A stretch of 64,000 nucleotides of DNA from Octopus vulgaris (Eukaryota). Made by a program: the position numbers and the translations under genes. Where the stretch lies: the NCBI GenBank assembly GCA_951406725.2, contig OX597816.1, positions 80,228,001-80,292,000 of the forward strand, given 5' to 3'. This document shows positions 52,438 to 64,000 of this stretch, one piece after another (positions within the stretch are counted from its first letter, which is position 1; the number at the start of each line of letters is the position of its first letter). Below the pieces are notes generated by a model. That model was not told where the DNA came from. It saw only the letters and a program-made list of their open reading frames with translations, and did not search any database.

Positions 52438-54619
52438 TATGTATATCTATGTACATACATATAACAATGATATATCAATTTTAAAAGACCCTAATTAATG
52501 TTATTTATCTTTGAAGAGAAGCTCTCCGTAACTGTCAGCAACAAGTTGTGAAACTTTATGAATATTTTAGGAAAAGATTCGTAAGTATTGACTGTTAGTT
52601 ACAGATACTTCTCCACACTGACGTCTGACACCGGTGAACACTGTTCGAATGGAAACATATTGTATTCTGTAGTAATACAAATATCTTCTATGAAATAAGG
52701 TTCTAGCAGCCGTAACTTTGTACGCGTTTCGCAGATGTAACAGTAATAAATACAGATTTGCATTCTTAAATATAACGTATTTTATTTCAAGTAATACTAG
52801 ATCTGCTCTACATTTATAATATTCCGGTAGTTCGTCACACTCAAGTATGTGCAATGCCAAAGTTACCACATAATTTGAATTCAAGAGACTGTGAATAAGA
52901 ATTTAAGATACAGTGAATTTGCTTTTAAGATTCTCATATTAATATTGTAATTAATACCTTGTTCACTCAATCATCCCTCTTCCCCAATTCACATATCTAT
53001 GTCATTTTGATCGAATTTTATTAATGAGACGATTTCATTAATCGTTGGAAAACCATCTATTATCCTATGATTTGAACTCTGCACTGCAAGTAAAATCAAC
53101 GACAGCTACGACAACTACTACAATCAAAACAACAGCAGCAACAACGACAACAACACAATGTAGCGCTCCCTCTATTTGCAGTAGAGAATTGTTCCTGTCC
53201 ACAACAGTTATTTTACGACTAAGTAGTGCTTCTGGCTATCATGTGTTAAGCGAAATATAAACCGACGCCAACGCCCCCAGTAATCGAAATTTATACAAAT
53301 GATGTATAGATTTTGTTGAAACAATCTGCTATATGACCATTAAATAAACTCTTCCAAAATTTACACAGTCGGCTCTGTTAGTTTTAATCTTTGTCGATAC
53401 GTAGTTGTTTTGGAGTTCGGCCAAATTAACTTCTGCATTAGACATCTTTTACAGATACACATATGCATACACATATGTATGAATAGGACATACACACGTA
53501 CACGCACGCGTATATTCGCCCAGATGTATATACTATATATTATATTATATGACATTATATTATATCCCGGTAACTTAGGTTGATAGAGTAACCAGTTACA
53601 ATTCAATGCGTTTGTTTCATCACTGAATTTGGTTGTGACGACTGTATTATCTTCACAATCTCTTTCAGTAGTAACCTTTTCAGTATCGAAAGAGACGATC
53701 TCTATTAAGAGTAGAAATTCCACTTCATTGTTACGTTCAGATAAAAGCAAACACATATTTTGTTAGTATAATTGGTCGGCAGTAAACATCTGTATGTATG
53801 TATATCTATGTATGTATATTATATATTTGTGTGTTACTTTAGATATTGAGTTAAATAACACACAGATAGACACCTAGTTGAAGACATTTTAATTATGCTA
53901 TTAACACTTTTAAACAAACACATAAACATCGCACAATTTATGCTTTTTTTCTTTCTTCTTAAAAAATTAGGTTGTGAGGATAAATAGTAGAATAGTCTAC
54001 AGTCTAAATAAGTATTAATCATAAATATAATGACACTAAAGTCTCAGGGACCATAGTGTATCTACACAGTCATTTACTTAGATCCATTATTTCCAAGAAT
54101 ATGGCCCTGTGTCAGTCCAAGAAATTAGTATCTAAATAATGTATATATTTGTGTGTGTATGTGTGTGTGTATCGCACGCAAACGTAAAATATCAGTCAAA
54201 CGAATTTCCTTATGCAGCTGATTATGCAATAATAATAATAATAATAATGATAATAATTACTGTTTATAAGAACATCTATTATAATTTGAACTCAGCACTG
54301 CAAGTATTAAACATTCGTTAATACAGCAGTGAACTGTTCATCCCGACAACATCTATTTGAATCAGTAAGGAGTTGACTAGCCAGATTTAAATACTATGGA
54401 CAGGATAAAAATCACAAATTTGTCTCCTCCTATCAATTTCTGCATATTTATTTTAAAGCATCTTGTTCACTGATTTTCGACGAATAACTCGCGTACATTT
54501 TCTATATTTTGGTAATAGATAGAATTGATAAAATAGGTGTTAAGTGTTTCAATGTTTCTAAGCGACTAAACTTCTTAAATCGCAGGATATACATTTCTAT
54601 GCATAACATAATATACTAC

Positions 54620-54840
54620 TAAATATGGTTAAGTTTTGGCACCAGGCCAGATATGTCGAAGGGGGAAAGTCGATTACAAAAATTCCATTTTTTTTTTCTT
54701 ACTGGCACTAATTCCATCTGTATCGAAATGAAGAATGGCAAAATTGATCTCAGCGGGATTTTGAACTCAGAACGTAACGTGTCGGAAGAAATGCTGCAAA
54801 GCTTTTTGTCCAATGTGCGAACGATTTTGCCAGCTCACCT
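54620..54840 (-). mobile_element. SINE family B (short tail, degenerate)
   Basis: tttgaactcagaacgtaac...ttgccagctcacc motifs. Confidence 0.75.
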
Positions 54841-54989
54841 TTTTAAAGTACTGCTAAGTACAATTTCAACGAGTCGTATAGGGTTAAAAAATATCCTTCG
54901 TGTCCTATCCATTTGACTAAAGATGATTTACTTCATAGATATAGAGAAAATAAATTAGATCAACTGAGCAGATAAATGACAAAATACAA

Positions 54990-55647
54990 TAATGTGTTAA
55001 GACAAATGTTTTGTAATATTTTGGTAACTCATTTACTTTATTCATAAAATTACAACAAAAGCAACCGAGCATTCATAGTAGAGGCTATCGTGTCGCACCA
55101 TCTAAAGCCACCTTTCTGCCAGTTCTTTGATCCTACGCTGATATCAGTTCTTGTCTTTCGAGGCGAAGAACTCCTGCAGTAAAGCTTCCAACTCTTTTTG
55201 TTTGATGAAGAGTTGTGAGCTCAGGAAGTGAGCCATGCATTGGAACGAGTAACAATCCGAAGGAGCTAGGTCCGGACTTTATGCTGGGTGCGACATCAGT
55301 TCGATTCCTTCAAGTTCAAGCGGTATGAGGTCTTGCGCTGTTTTGCAGCCGAAGAGCTCGATTTCTGTTAACTAATGTCGGTTACATTTGACGCACAATG
55401 GAATCCATCTGTTCCAGCTTTTCGGACTACAGGTTAGCATCGAAGGCTCAAACGCGCACTGAATTATCCCCTGATAATTCTATCAGACGCAAATCATCAC
55501 CTTTGCGTTCGAAACGGCCATGTTTGCCGACAGTTTCCGGAAACTAAGCCTTACTTAACTATGCCTATGCACGTTAGGATTCTGAAATCTCTCTCTCGAT
55601 CTATCTCTTTCTCTCTCTCTGTCTCTGTCTGTCTCTGTCTCTGTCTC

Positions 55648-55722
<75 letters not shown>

Positions 55723-55920
55723 CGGATTATTACCTGCTCTGATCCATGCCTCGCGACTCTTCATCAGCGAAGCGTAGGCTCAAAGAACTGGCAAAAAGGT
55801 AGCTTCAGACGATGCAACATGGTGGCCTCTATTTTGAATGCTTGACTACTTTTGTTATAATTTAACGAATAAATCAAATAAGTTACAAAAATATTGCAAA
55901 ACTTTTGACACAATACAATA
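54990..55920 (-). mobile_element. Rearranged mariner remnant with inverted duplicated 3' ends
   Basis: Minus strand HPA*SPDLAPSD..QEFFASK..IKELAERW; 55760-55920 is an inverted copy of 54990-55145; microsatellite in the middle. Confidence 0.75.
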
Positions 55921-57162
55921 TATTATCATCCTCATGTGATTCATTCACAGGGAATTAATATTTAAGTAAAGTGGGAATGCTATTAGAAAAACCTTCATAA
56001 TTAACTGACATAGGTGTTAGTTATATAATTTTGGATGTCAAGATACATTTACTTTTTATATCTTTTACACTATTTTAATAAAAAGTGTTAGATACAGTAT
56101 AATAGATATAAGAAAATGTTACAAAATGTAAATGAACGCATCTTAACTATAAATAATCGCTGGAAATAGTGCAAGATACTAGATGATGGAAGAATTAACG
56201 AATAGTATTTCATTTACGTTGACAATGGAAAAATATTCATAAGGTGACTTATAATATTCGATTCTTATATCAGGATTTCCATTTGACTATTACTTTACAT
56301 GTACCTTTGGAGAATTAAATTCTTTATGTAAATACTGATTTCAAGATAAATAATATACAAATACAAAATTGTAAATACAGGTTGGGCCAAAATTCACGCA
56401 GCAAAATATTTGCCATTTTATTTATATTCCGTTATTAATATTATTATTCATTCTGTTCATCATGCACCAGTACGTATGCATATATCATTTTTAAAATTCA
56501 ATTTTTAAAAATATTGAACCATATCTGTGACAATTCTGGTACGTTTAGAACTTATTTTGTGTCTATCTTATAGTCCACACTGTAATATTCTACTCTTGAT
56601 ACCTACTTCTACATAGAAAGACTGTCTAAAAAATAAAACCTTTGATATCTACTTCCAAAGGATAGGCATGGCATTCATGCTTTTCTCACAGGCACAACCT
56701 CTCGAAATAAAGTAAAATGACTGTTCATTTCAAATATTAACTTCTTGCTTCAGTGAAAATTCACAAATATTTGCAGCAAAGGGAAAACGTTTTGAGTTGA
56801 TGACTTGTTCAACAAATATTTGTTATGAGTGATGTAACTTCAAACGAATATTTGCAGGGGGCGAAAATGGGTGTAACGAAGTATATCTACATCAGTGTGA
56901 CTGCTTTATCAAGACTAAATATAAGAGAGATAAATAATAGAACTTAGAGAGCTTAGAGGAAATTTATTACATGTTGCGGGCTTTTAAATCTAATGTTTTA
57001 TCGCTTCTGACATTAATTTTAAAAAGGATTTCCTTTAATACATGAGGTATAAACGCAGCCTTTTCGAATGTCCTTGGTAAAGATGGGTGATTCGAATGAA
57101 CTCTAGCCCATTACTAGTATTGCATTATCTAACCAAGACTAACGAAAGAACTGATATAAATA

Positions 57163-58447
57163 CGAGGGACGTTCAATAAGTAATGCCTTTGACCCACTTG
57201 CAGTTGTTTGATCTAGCTGAAATTTTGCATGTGCAATTATTTATATCTCTATAGAGTAAGTGGCAAATTACAGCTCTGAATTAATTGTGGTTTCTGATTT
57301 ACAGGTGTTTGAACCGAGTCAAGTGTGAAATGGAGCCTGTTGAGTGTCGAGCAGTGATCCGGTTTTTGTATTTGAAAGGACGCACACCACGGGAGACTTT
57401 TGATGAAATGAAAGTAACTTATGGTGATGATGCCCCATTATATGACCTTGTAAAACGCTGGCATCGTGAATTCAAACATGGTCGGAACTCTGTGGAAACA
57501 GCTCCCAGATCTGGTCGCCCCTTCTGCCATTGATGAGGCATCTGTCCGTCAAGTTGAGGCTGCCATTTTGGAAGATCGACGCATAATTATTCGCCAAATA
57601 GCCCATGAGGTCAAGATTAGTACCGGGTCTGTGGAAACTATCATTCATGACCATTTGCATATGCAAAAGGTGTCTGCCAGATGGATTCCCAAGTTGCTCA
57701 CGCCTTTCCAGAAGCAAGAACGCGTCGAGTGCTCGAGGGTGAATTTGGAGATGTGCCAAGAAGATGAGTCAAAATTTTTCAAAAGACTGATTACACAGGA
57801 TGAAACCTGGGTCCATCACAATGATCCAGAGACCAAAGCCCAGTCAATGCAGTGGAAGCACCGTGACTCACCCCCTCCAAAGAAGGCAAGGGTGCAGCCC
57901 TCCGCTGGCAAGGTCATGCTCACAGTCTTCTGGGACCAGGACGGAGTAATGATGACAGATTTCCTGGCAAAGGGTATCACAATTACAGGAGCCTATTATG
58001 CTTCACTTTTGAGGAAATTAAGAGAAGTTATCAAAATCAAGAGGCGGGGCAAGATCAGCAAAGGCATCCTCCTTCTGCAGGACAACGCTCCGGTCCACAA
58101 CTCGCTTGTCGCCAGATCAGAAGCACAGGCGTATGGCTATGAACTCCTCCCCCATCCCCCTACTTTCCTGACCTTGCACCCTCTGATTTTGCACCCAGTC
58201 ATGAAGTTGTTTTTGAAAGGAAAGCGTTTCCCAGATGATGCAGCCTTGATTTCTGAAGTCACATTCAGGTTGGAGGACCAAGCTGGGGTCTTCTACAAAA
58301 ACGGTCTCCAGAGCTGCATCAAGCAATGGGAGAAATGCGTAACTCTGGGTGATTCCTATGTAGAAAAAGACTGATAACTGTGCCAAGTTTCGTTGCTCTA
58401 CTGCTATGGGGAGTGGGTCAGGGGCATTACTTATTGAACGCCCCTCG
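57163..58447 (+). mobile_element. Full-length mariner DNA transposon (1285 bp, irritans-like)
   Basis: ~34-bp TIRs cgaggg(a/g)cgttcaataagtaatgcc..tgaccca; TA duplication at 57161-57162 and 58448-58449. Confidence 0.96.
57330..58374 (+). pseudogene. Mariner transposase, frameshifted
   Basis: MEPVECRAVIRFL..RSGRP, frameshift near 57520, then WIPKLL, QDETW, QDNAPVH; HPP-Y(F)PDLAPSDF is out of frame near 58155-58195. Confidence 0.92.
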
Positions 58448-58479
58448 TATGAACACCATTTATAGAACCAAAATCACAA

Positions 58480-58830
58480 GAAAGTACTAATTCTTGTGGC
58501 CTCATTTACAGAACTGCTAAGGAGGCATAAACAAGGACTGCTACGGAGGCATAAACAAACACCAGTTGTCAAACAATGGTGGGGGACAAACACAGACACT
58601 TTTATATATGCTTTAAATATGTGAGTATGTTTATACACACACATACATAAATACATACACAAACACACACACAATGAGAAATGGCACGTTTTCCGTCTAG
58701 CATATTTACTCGGAAGGCATTGGTTGGCCCGGATCTATAGTAGGAGACACTTATCCAAGGTGCGGTGTAGTAGGACTGAACCAGAAGCCGAGTGTTTGCA
58801 AAGTGAGCTTCTTAACCTCACATCAATGCC
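58480..58830 (-). mobile_element. SINE family A (degenerate)
   Basis: accagttgtcaaacaatggtgggggacaaac, ctatagtaggagacacttatccaaggtgc, ggactgaacc. Confidence 0.7.
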
Positions 58831-59344
58831 TGAAAAAAAGAATGTTTTTATTAAAAACAGTACCATTATAGCAAAGGATCGAACACAATACAATGACTTC
58901 TTCATGATAAGAATTTAAAGAGAAATTTCACTTTGGTATGGTAATTAAAATCAATTCAGGTGAAGTCTTTCAAATATATTCTTCTCTTCTCACTTTCGTA
59001 ATAACGTTTTAAAGATGTTATTATTTTAATGGCAAATCCCAACAACAAATAAAGTGTTTACGTTTATTCAATTTATTTTTCGATGATACGAATTTGTTAT
59101 TGTTGTTGTTGGAATAAATTGCCTTGTCACGGCATAAACAAATGTTTTCTCATTAGTGATTACCAGGATTATTGTTATTCTTTCATGAATATCTTCTCAT
59201 CAAACCATCACCTAATCATCGGTCATATGTAAGTTTTCAAAGCAATTTTAGTTGTTTAAATGGCGCTTATAATCAATGAAAGCTGTCAGGCAAACAAACT
59301 AGTTTAAAGTTTTTTTCTTTTAAAATGAATTCTTAAGCATACTA

Positions 59345-59407
<63 letters not shown>

Positions 59408-59874
59408 ATTTTGTTTTACTGATGATCATAAAGGTTACCGTTGATACAGAAATTTTATTGATTTAAATTTATAAAGAGTAAATAACGACATTTACTAAAG
59501 AAAATTAATATCATCATCACGAACGAAACTTTTGTTTTTTCTGTTTCTTTACTTTAATAATTCTTATAATGGAAAGAAGTTCTAAAAGCACACACACGTG
59601 CCCGCCCCCCACCCCACACGCACACTCTTTCATTTACGTATGCATATATGCATATAATCATATAGATTTGCATACACAGATTCGGTGTTTGTCTTTATAT
59701 GCATCGGTGTGTGTATGTGTGTTTGTGTGCGAGTGTGTGTGCGACAACGCCACCATCGATGACACGTCGAAGTCACTGCCGATCAAAAAGTTAGTAACAT
59801 TTGATCTACATATACAGCAAGCCCCGTTTTTCATTTAATTTTCGCAGGTTTATTTAACCACATACACACACACA

Positions 59875-59963
<89 letters not shown>

Positions 59964-60093
59964 ACACACACACACACACACACACACAATGACACACATA
60001 CAGTTCATATAGACTGTGAAATAACATTTAAATTATAATATGGATGAATTTTATAGCAAAACATTTTTAAGAGAAACTTTGGTTGATTTGGTC

Positions 60094-60125
<32 letters not shown>

Positions 60126-60287
60126 TTACGTTTTACTTGTTATAGGACTGCGGACATGCTGGGGCACCGGCTTGAAGGATTTTTAGTCAGACGACTAAAA
60201 AGGTGAGTACTTATTCTATCGATCTTCTTTGCTGAACCACTAGGTTACGAGTACGTAAACAAACCAACATCAATTGTGAAGCAGTGG

Positions 60288-60328
<41 letters not shown>

Positions 60329-60446
60329 TGCATTTTTCCTTCTTTCTCTTTGGACTTTCCTCTTTCCGACGAAGAGCTCAGCTCAAAACGTTAACAACAA
60401 CTCTCTCCTTTCACCGAACGTCAAATTAATGTATTTCTTGTGCAAA

Positions 60447-60795
60447 GCGTAGGAGTAGCTTGCTTACGAACTACATAGTTCTGGGTTCAGTGCCACAGCG
60501 TGGCACTTTGGGCAAGTGTCTTTATGTGAGTGGGTTTGGTAGACGGAAACTGAAAGAAGCCCGTCGTATGTATGTATGTATATATATATGTATGTGTGTA
60601 TGTGTTTTTACCCCCAACATCGCTTGACAACCGATGGTGACGTGTTTACGTCCCCGTAACTTAGCAGTTCGGCAAAAGAGACCGATAGAATAAGTACTAG
60701 ACTTCCAAAGAATAAGTCGTGGGGTCGGTGTGCTCGACTAAAGGCGGTGCTCCAGCATCGCCACAGTCAAATGACTGAAACAATTAAGAGTAAGA
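60447..60795 (+). mobile_element. SINE family A
   Basis: Homologous to 41216-41635, with internal deletions in the head. Confidence 0.88.
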
Positions 60796-60831
60796 GTTCT
60801 CATAGTTTTTCTCTGTTTTCTAATTGTTTGC

Positions 60832-60910
<79 letters not shown>

Positions 60911-60960
60911 AGAAGAAAAAGAAAATGGAGTGTTTATTATTAATAGCAATTTATTCATCA

Positions 60961-61046
60961 TCCCTTACAGCTGTTTCAGTTAATACTCAGTTAATATCAA
61001 GTAGATATTAAATTTATTTGACCTGAACATAATATCTTCAGAGGGA
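60961..61046 (-). ncRNA. Type I hammerhead motif with long stem II
   Basis: tccct CTGAAGA ..atgttcag..ttaatatc/gatattaa..ctgagtat.. GAAA cagctg TA aggga; palindromic stem III, GUA site; base of stem II mismatched. Confidence 0.7.
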
Positions 61047-61579
61047 AAATTATACCCTTGTATGTTATCTACAAGGTGTTTATGGATTCATTATAGCAGA
61101 CTGAATGATATGGTTTATGATTTGTATTGTTATATGTACGGGCGAGGGGTTTACTGGTTGATTGGAGATAAGATAGAGTGAGAAGGTAAATAGAATTACA
61201 ACAATAAATGCATAGTGAGGATAGAGGAAATTTAAATATAAACAAGGAAAGTTCATAGTTAATACAGAAATGGAATATTCGTTTGTAAGGTATAAATAAA
61301 GTTATGAAAATGTGTATATATGCAAGTACGCACATATACACTTGCACACATAGATATATGTATCCGTGCGTCCATATATATGCACAAACACATACTCATA
61401 TACTCACACATATACATACATCCACATGTACACACACATCCACGCATATACGTATATACGTATATACACATATACATGGCGAGTACATTACTACGTATGC
61501 ACACTCATCCATGTATGTATATATATATTTATGCGTTTACACATTTTAGCCATCACCTCTGAGAAGAAATTTTTGCTTA

Positions 61580-61649
<70 letters not shown>

Positions 61650-61652
<3 letters not shown>

Positions 61653-61975
61653 GTGCCAGAATTTAAATTCACAGATGACCAAACCTTCTAAGTTAAGTCC
61701 AATCTCACCTACAACACGGAAAATTTGATCTACGTAATAATATGCAATGGCTGCTAACATAATTGCCAACGGGCGGATTGTTACGCAATAGAATGACAAT
61801 CCATCACCAACAGATCTCAGACAAAAGCACAAGGAAGATTCCTTAACCTGTGCAGGAATGGTCTTAACAAATTTCAAAATATTTCCCCTTTACAAGTGCT
61901 CAGATTCCTTCAAACAATAACAAAGACTAAAAGAAATGCAATTTATCAACAAGTATAAACCACAATCAAATATAG
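61650..61975 (+). mobile_element. Penelope-like GIY-YIG endonuclease remnant
   Basis: NLTYNTENLIYVIICNGC..QTGGLLRNRMTIHHQQI...RLKEMQFINKYKP, with stops and frameshifts. Confidence 0.75.
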
Positions 61976-63084
61976 ACGCAACCACATCCAATATATAAGA
62001 ACAGACACTTAAAAACAATTTCATACATAATATTATCGTTTTGAAAAATACTTCCCCTCATTTAGTAAATCCTTTTTCCAATATTCATATATGCCAGCAC
62101 AACACAACTCTGTACACATACGCACATGCACAAAAAAGAAAACATCACAAAACACACACACATACAAACACAAACACACACATGTATTTACACACATACA
62201 AAAGAAAACATCACAAAAAACACATAAACACAACTATGTACACACACACAACATACACATAAAAATAAACATCGCGAAAAAATACACATGCACAAATGCA
62301 TCCACACATACACTCACACACACACACGCACACACACACACACGAACACACACATACAGTTGATGACCACACACATACACACACGTGGAGACACTCAAAA
62401 TAATAGATCTAACCCAAAGAAAAATCCTAATTCTTTCTCCAAGACATTTTTCACAACATACACACCCATCAACTTACAGCTGGTCATTTTCTAAACATAT
62501 TGAAAGGACATTCAACACCGCACGCACACACACACACACACATACACACACAGGTGGACATAAAAACCCATTCAATAAATGACTTTTAGTCACTCTCTTG
62601 GCAGGAACCCACAAAGATTTCTTTTTGACAATAGACACCCCTTTTCTCACTCTCTAACACTTTGAACTCTATACCAAACTATACTTCAAGAAGACTTCAA
62701 TGAAAAATTTCCAGACATGTTCTTGACCCCCAGACAGAAGATAGATTGTTTTTATATCAAATTTTCATAAACTTGTACTAACATTTGATAAGATGAGATA
62801 CATCGGAACTGATAATATTTTCTTTATATAATTTTAAAATCATTTTTATTAAAATCCTTCTTAAATTGAAATGTCTTAGACTTACTTCTGTGCTATTTCC
62901 ACCTCCATCTATTATATATATATATATATAAACGCACACACACGCCAATACATAAAGAAACACACGCCTAGAGGCACATACCTTCGCCTGCACAGACACA
63001 CATATATGTACACATGCACTCAGACATAACATGTACTTATATACATATAAATATTTATACATACATATACGCACGTACATATAC

Positions 63085-63264
<180 letters not shown>

Positions 63265-63864
63265 ATATATATATATATGCATATATACTTATATACATGT
63301 ATACACAGATGCACATACATCCGCACACATGCATGCCCATATACATATGCACGTACGTATATATCACAGCTTACATATATTCATATATACACACATAGAT
63401 ATGCACACATTCACCCACTAAACATACATATGTGGCTATACGTATATGCAGGCACATATAGAGATACATAATATATGTAGATAGATATGTCACATATATG
63501 TACGCATATACACTCATATACATGTACGTCTCAGTATACATATATACACACACACACACTTGTATCTACAGATGTATACATATATACTCACACATATTTT
63601 TATACACATACGCAGGTGTACATGTATACATTCACACTCATATTCGTATACACTTGCTTGTATTATTTTTCGGCCCCGAAGGTAAAGAAAGCAGAGGTGA
63701 CTTCGGCAGGATTTGAACTCAGGGCGCAGGGATCAGAAACATTTACTGCAAAACATTCTACTAGAAGCCCTATTTTAGTTCTATATTCAAGAGATGAGGA
63801 ATTATGTACATTATTTACATTATTTTCAATTCACGGATATTTGTCCTCATCTTGTTTGTTGTTA

Positions 63865-63908
63865 ACACAACGTTTTGGCCGATATACTCTCCAGCCTTCA
63901 TCAGGTGT
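63865..63908 (-). ncRNA. Minimal type I hammerhead motif (G12 mutated)
   Basis: acac CTGATGA aggctgg..tcggcc AAAA cg TT gtgt; stems I and II intact, palindromic ACGT stem III. Confidence 0.6.
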
Positions 63909-64000
63909 CTTGGAAAAATTTCGAACCTGGGTTCTCATGCTTAAAGTATTTTTTGTTGTTGTTGTTGTTGTTGTTGTTATTATTATTATTATTATTATTA

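Noticed and set aside
57466-58374. Intact 302-aa transposase CDS
   Set aside because: The true N-terminus is in another frame and the YSPDL motif is frameshifted; called as pseudogene
59415-59465. Hammerhead-like CTGATGA...GAAA
   Set aside because: No stem I or stem III pairing; likely chance in AT-rich DNA

Overview
AT-rich, microsatellite-dense eukaryotic DNA. The tRNA-derived SINE set, LINE clades and simple-repeat load resemble an octopus/cephalopod intergenic or intronic region (inference). I find no intact host protein-coding gene; nearly all ORF-track entries are simple-repeat translations or TE fragments. Contents: (i) over 25 copies or fragments of at least four SINE families, here labelled A, B, C and D; (ii) decayed non-LTR retrotransposons (several R4/Dong-like restriction-like-endonuclease [RLE] elements, one RTE, one CR1-like, one Tx1/L1-like); (iii) a full-length frameshifted mariner and two Tc1/mariner-derived fold-back elements; (iv) Penelope-like (PLE) GIY-YIG remnants. 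The main unexplained signal is about ten type I hammerhead-ribozyme motifs. Seven lie in 13.2-15.4 kb, inside non-coding 360-580 nt units with direct or inverted terminal duplications, which look like a retrozyme / non-autonomous PLE system. Other notable observations: an RTE with twin-priming-like 5' inversion, a SINE sharing its 3' tail with a Tx1-like LINE, and a microsatellite expanded in frame inside an RLE catalytic motif. All alignments and folds were done by eye, and boundaries of decayed elements are approximate.
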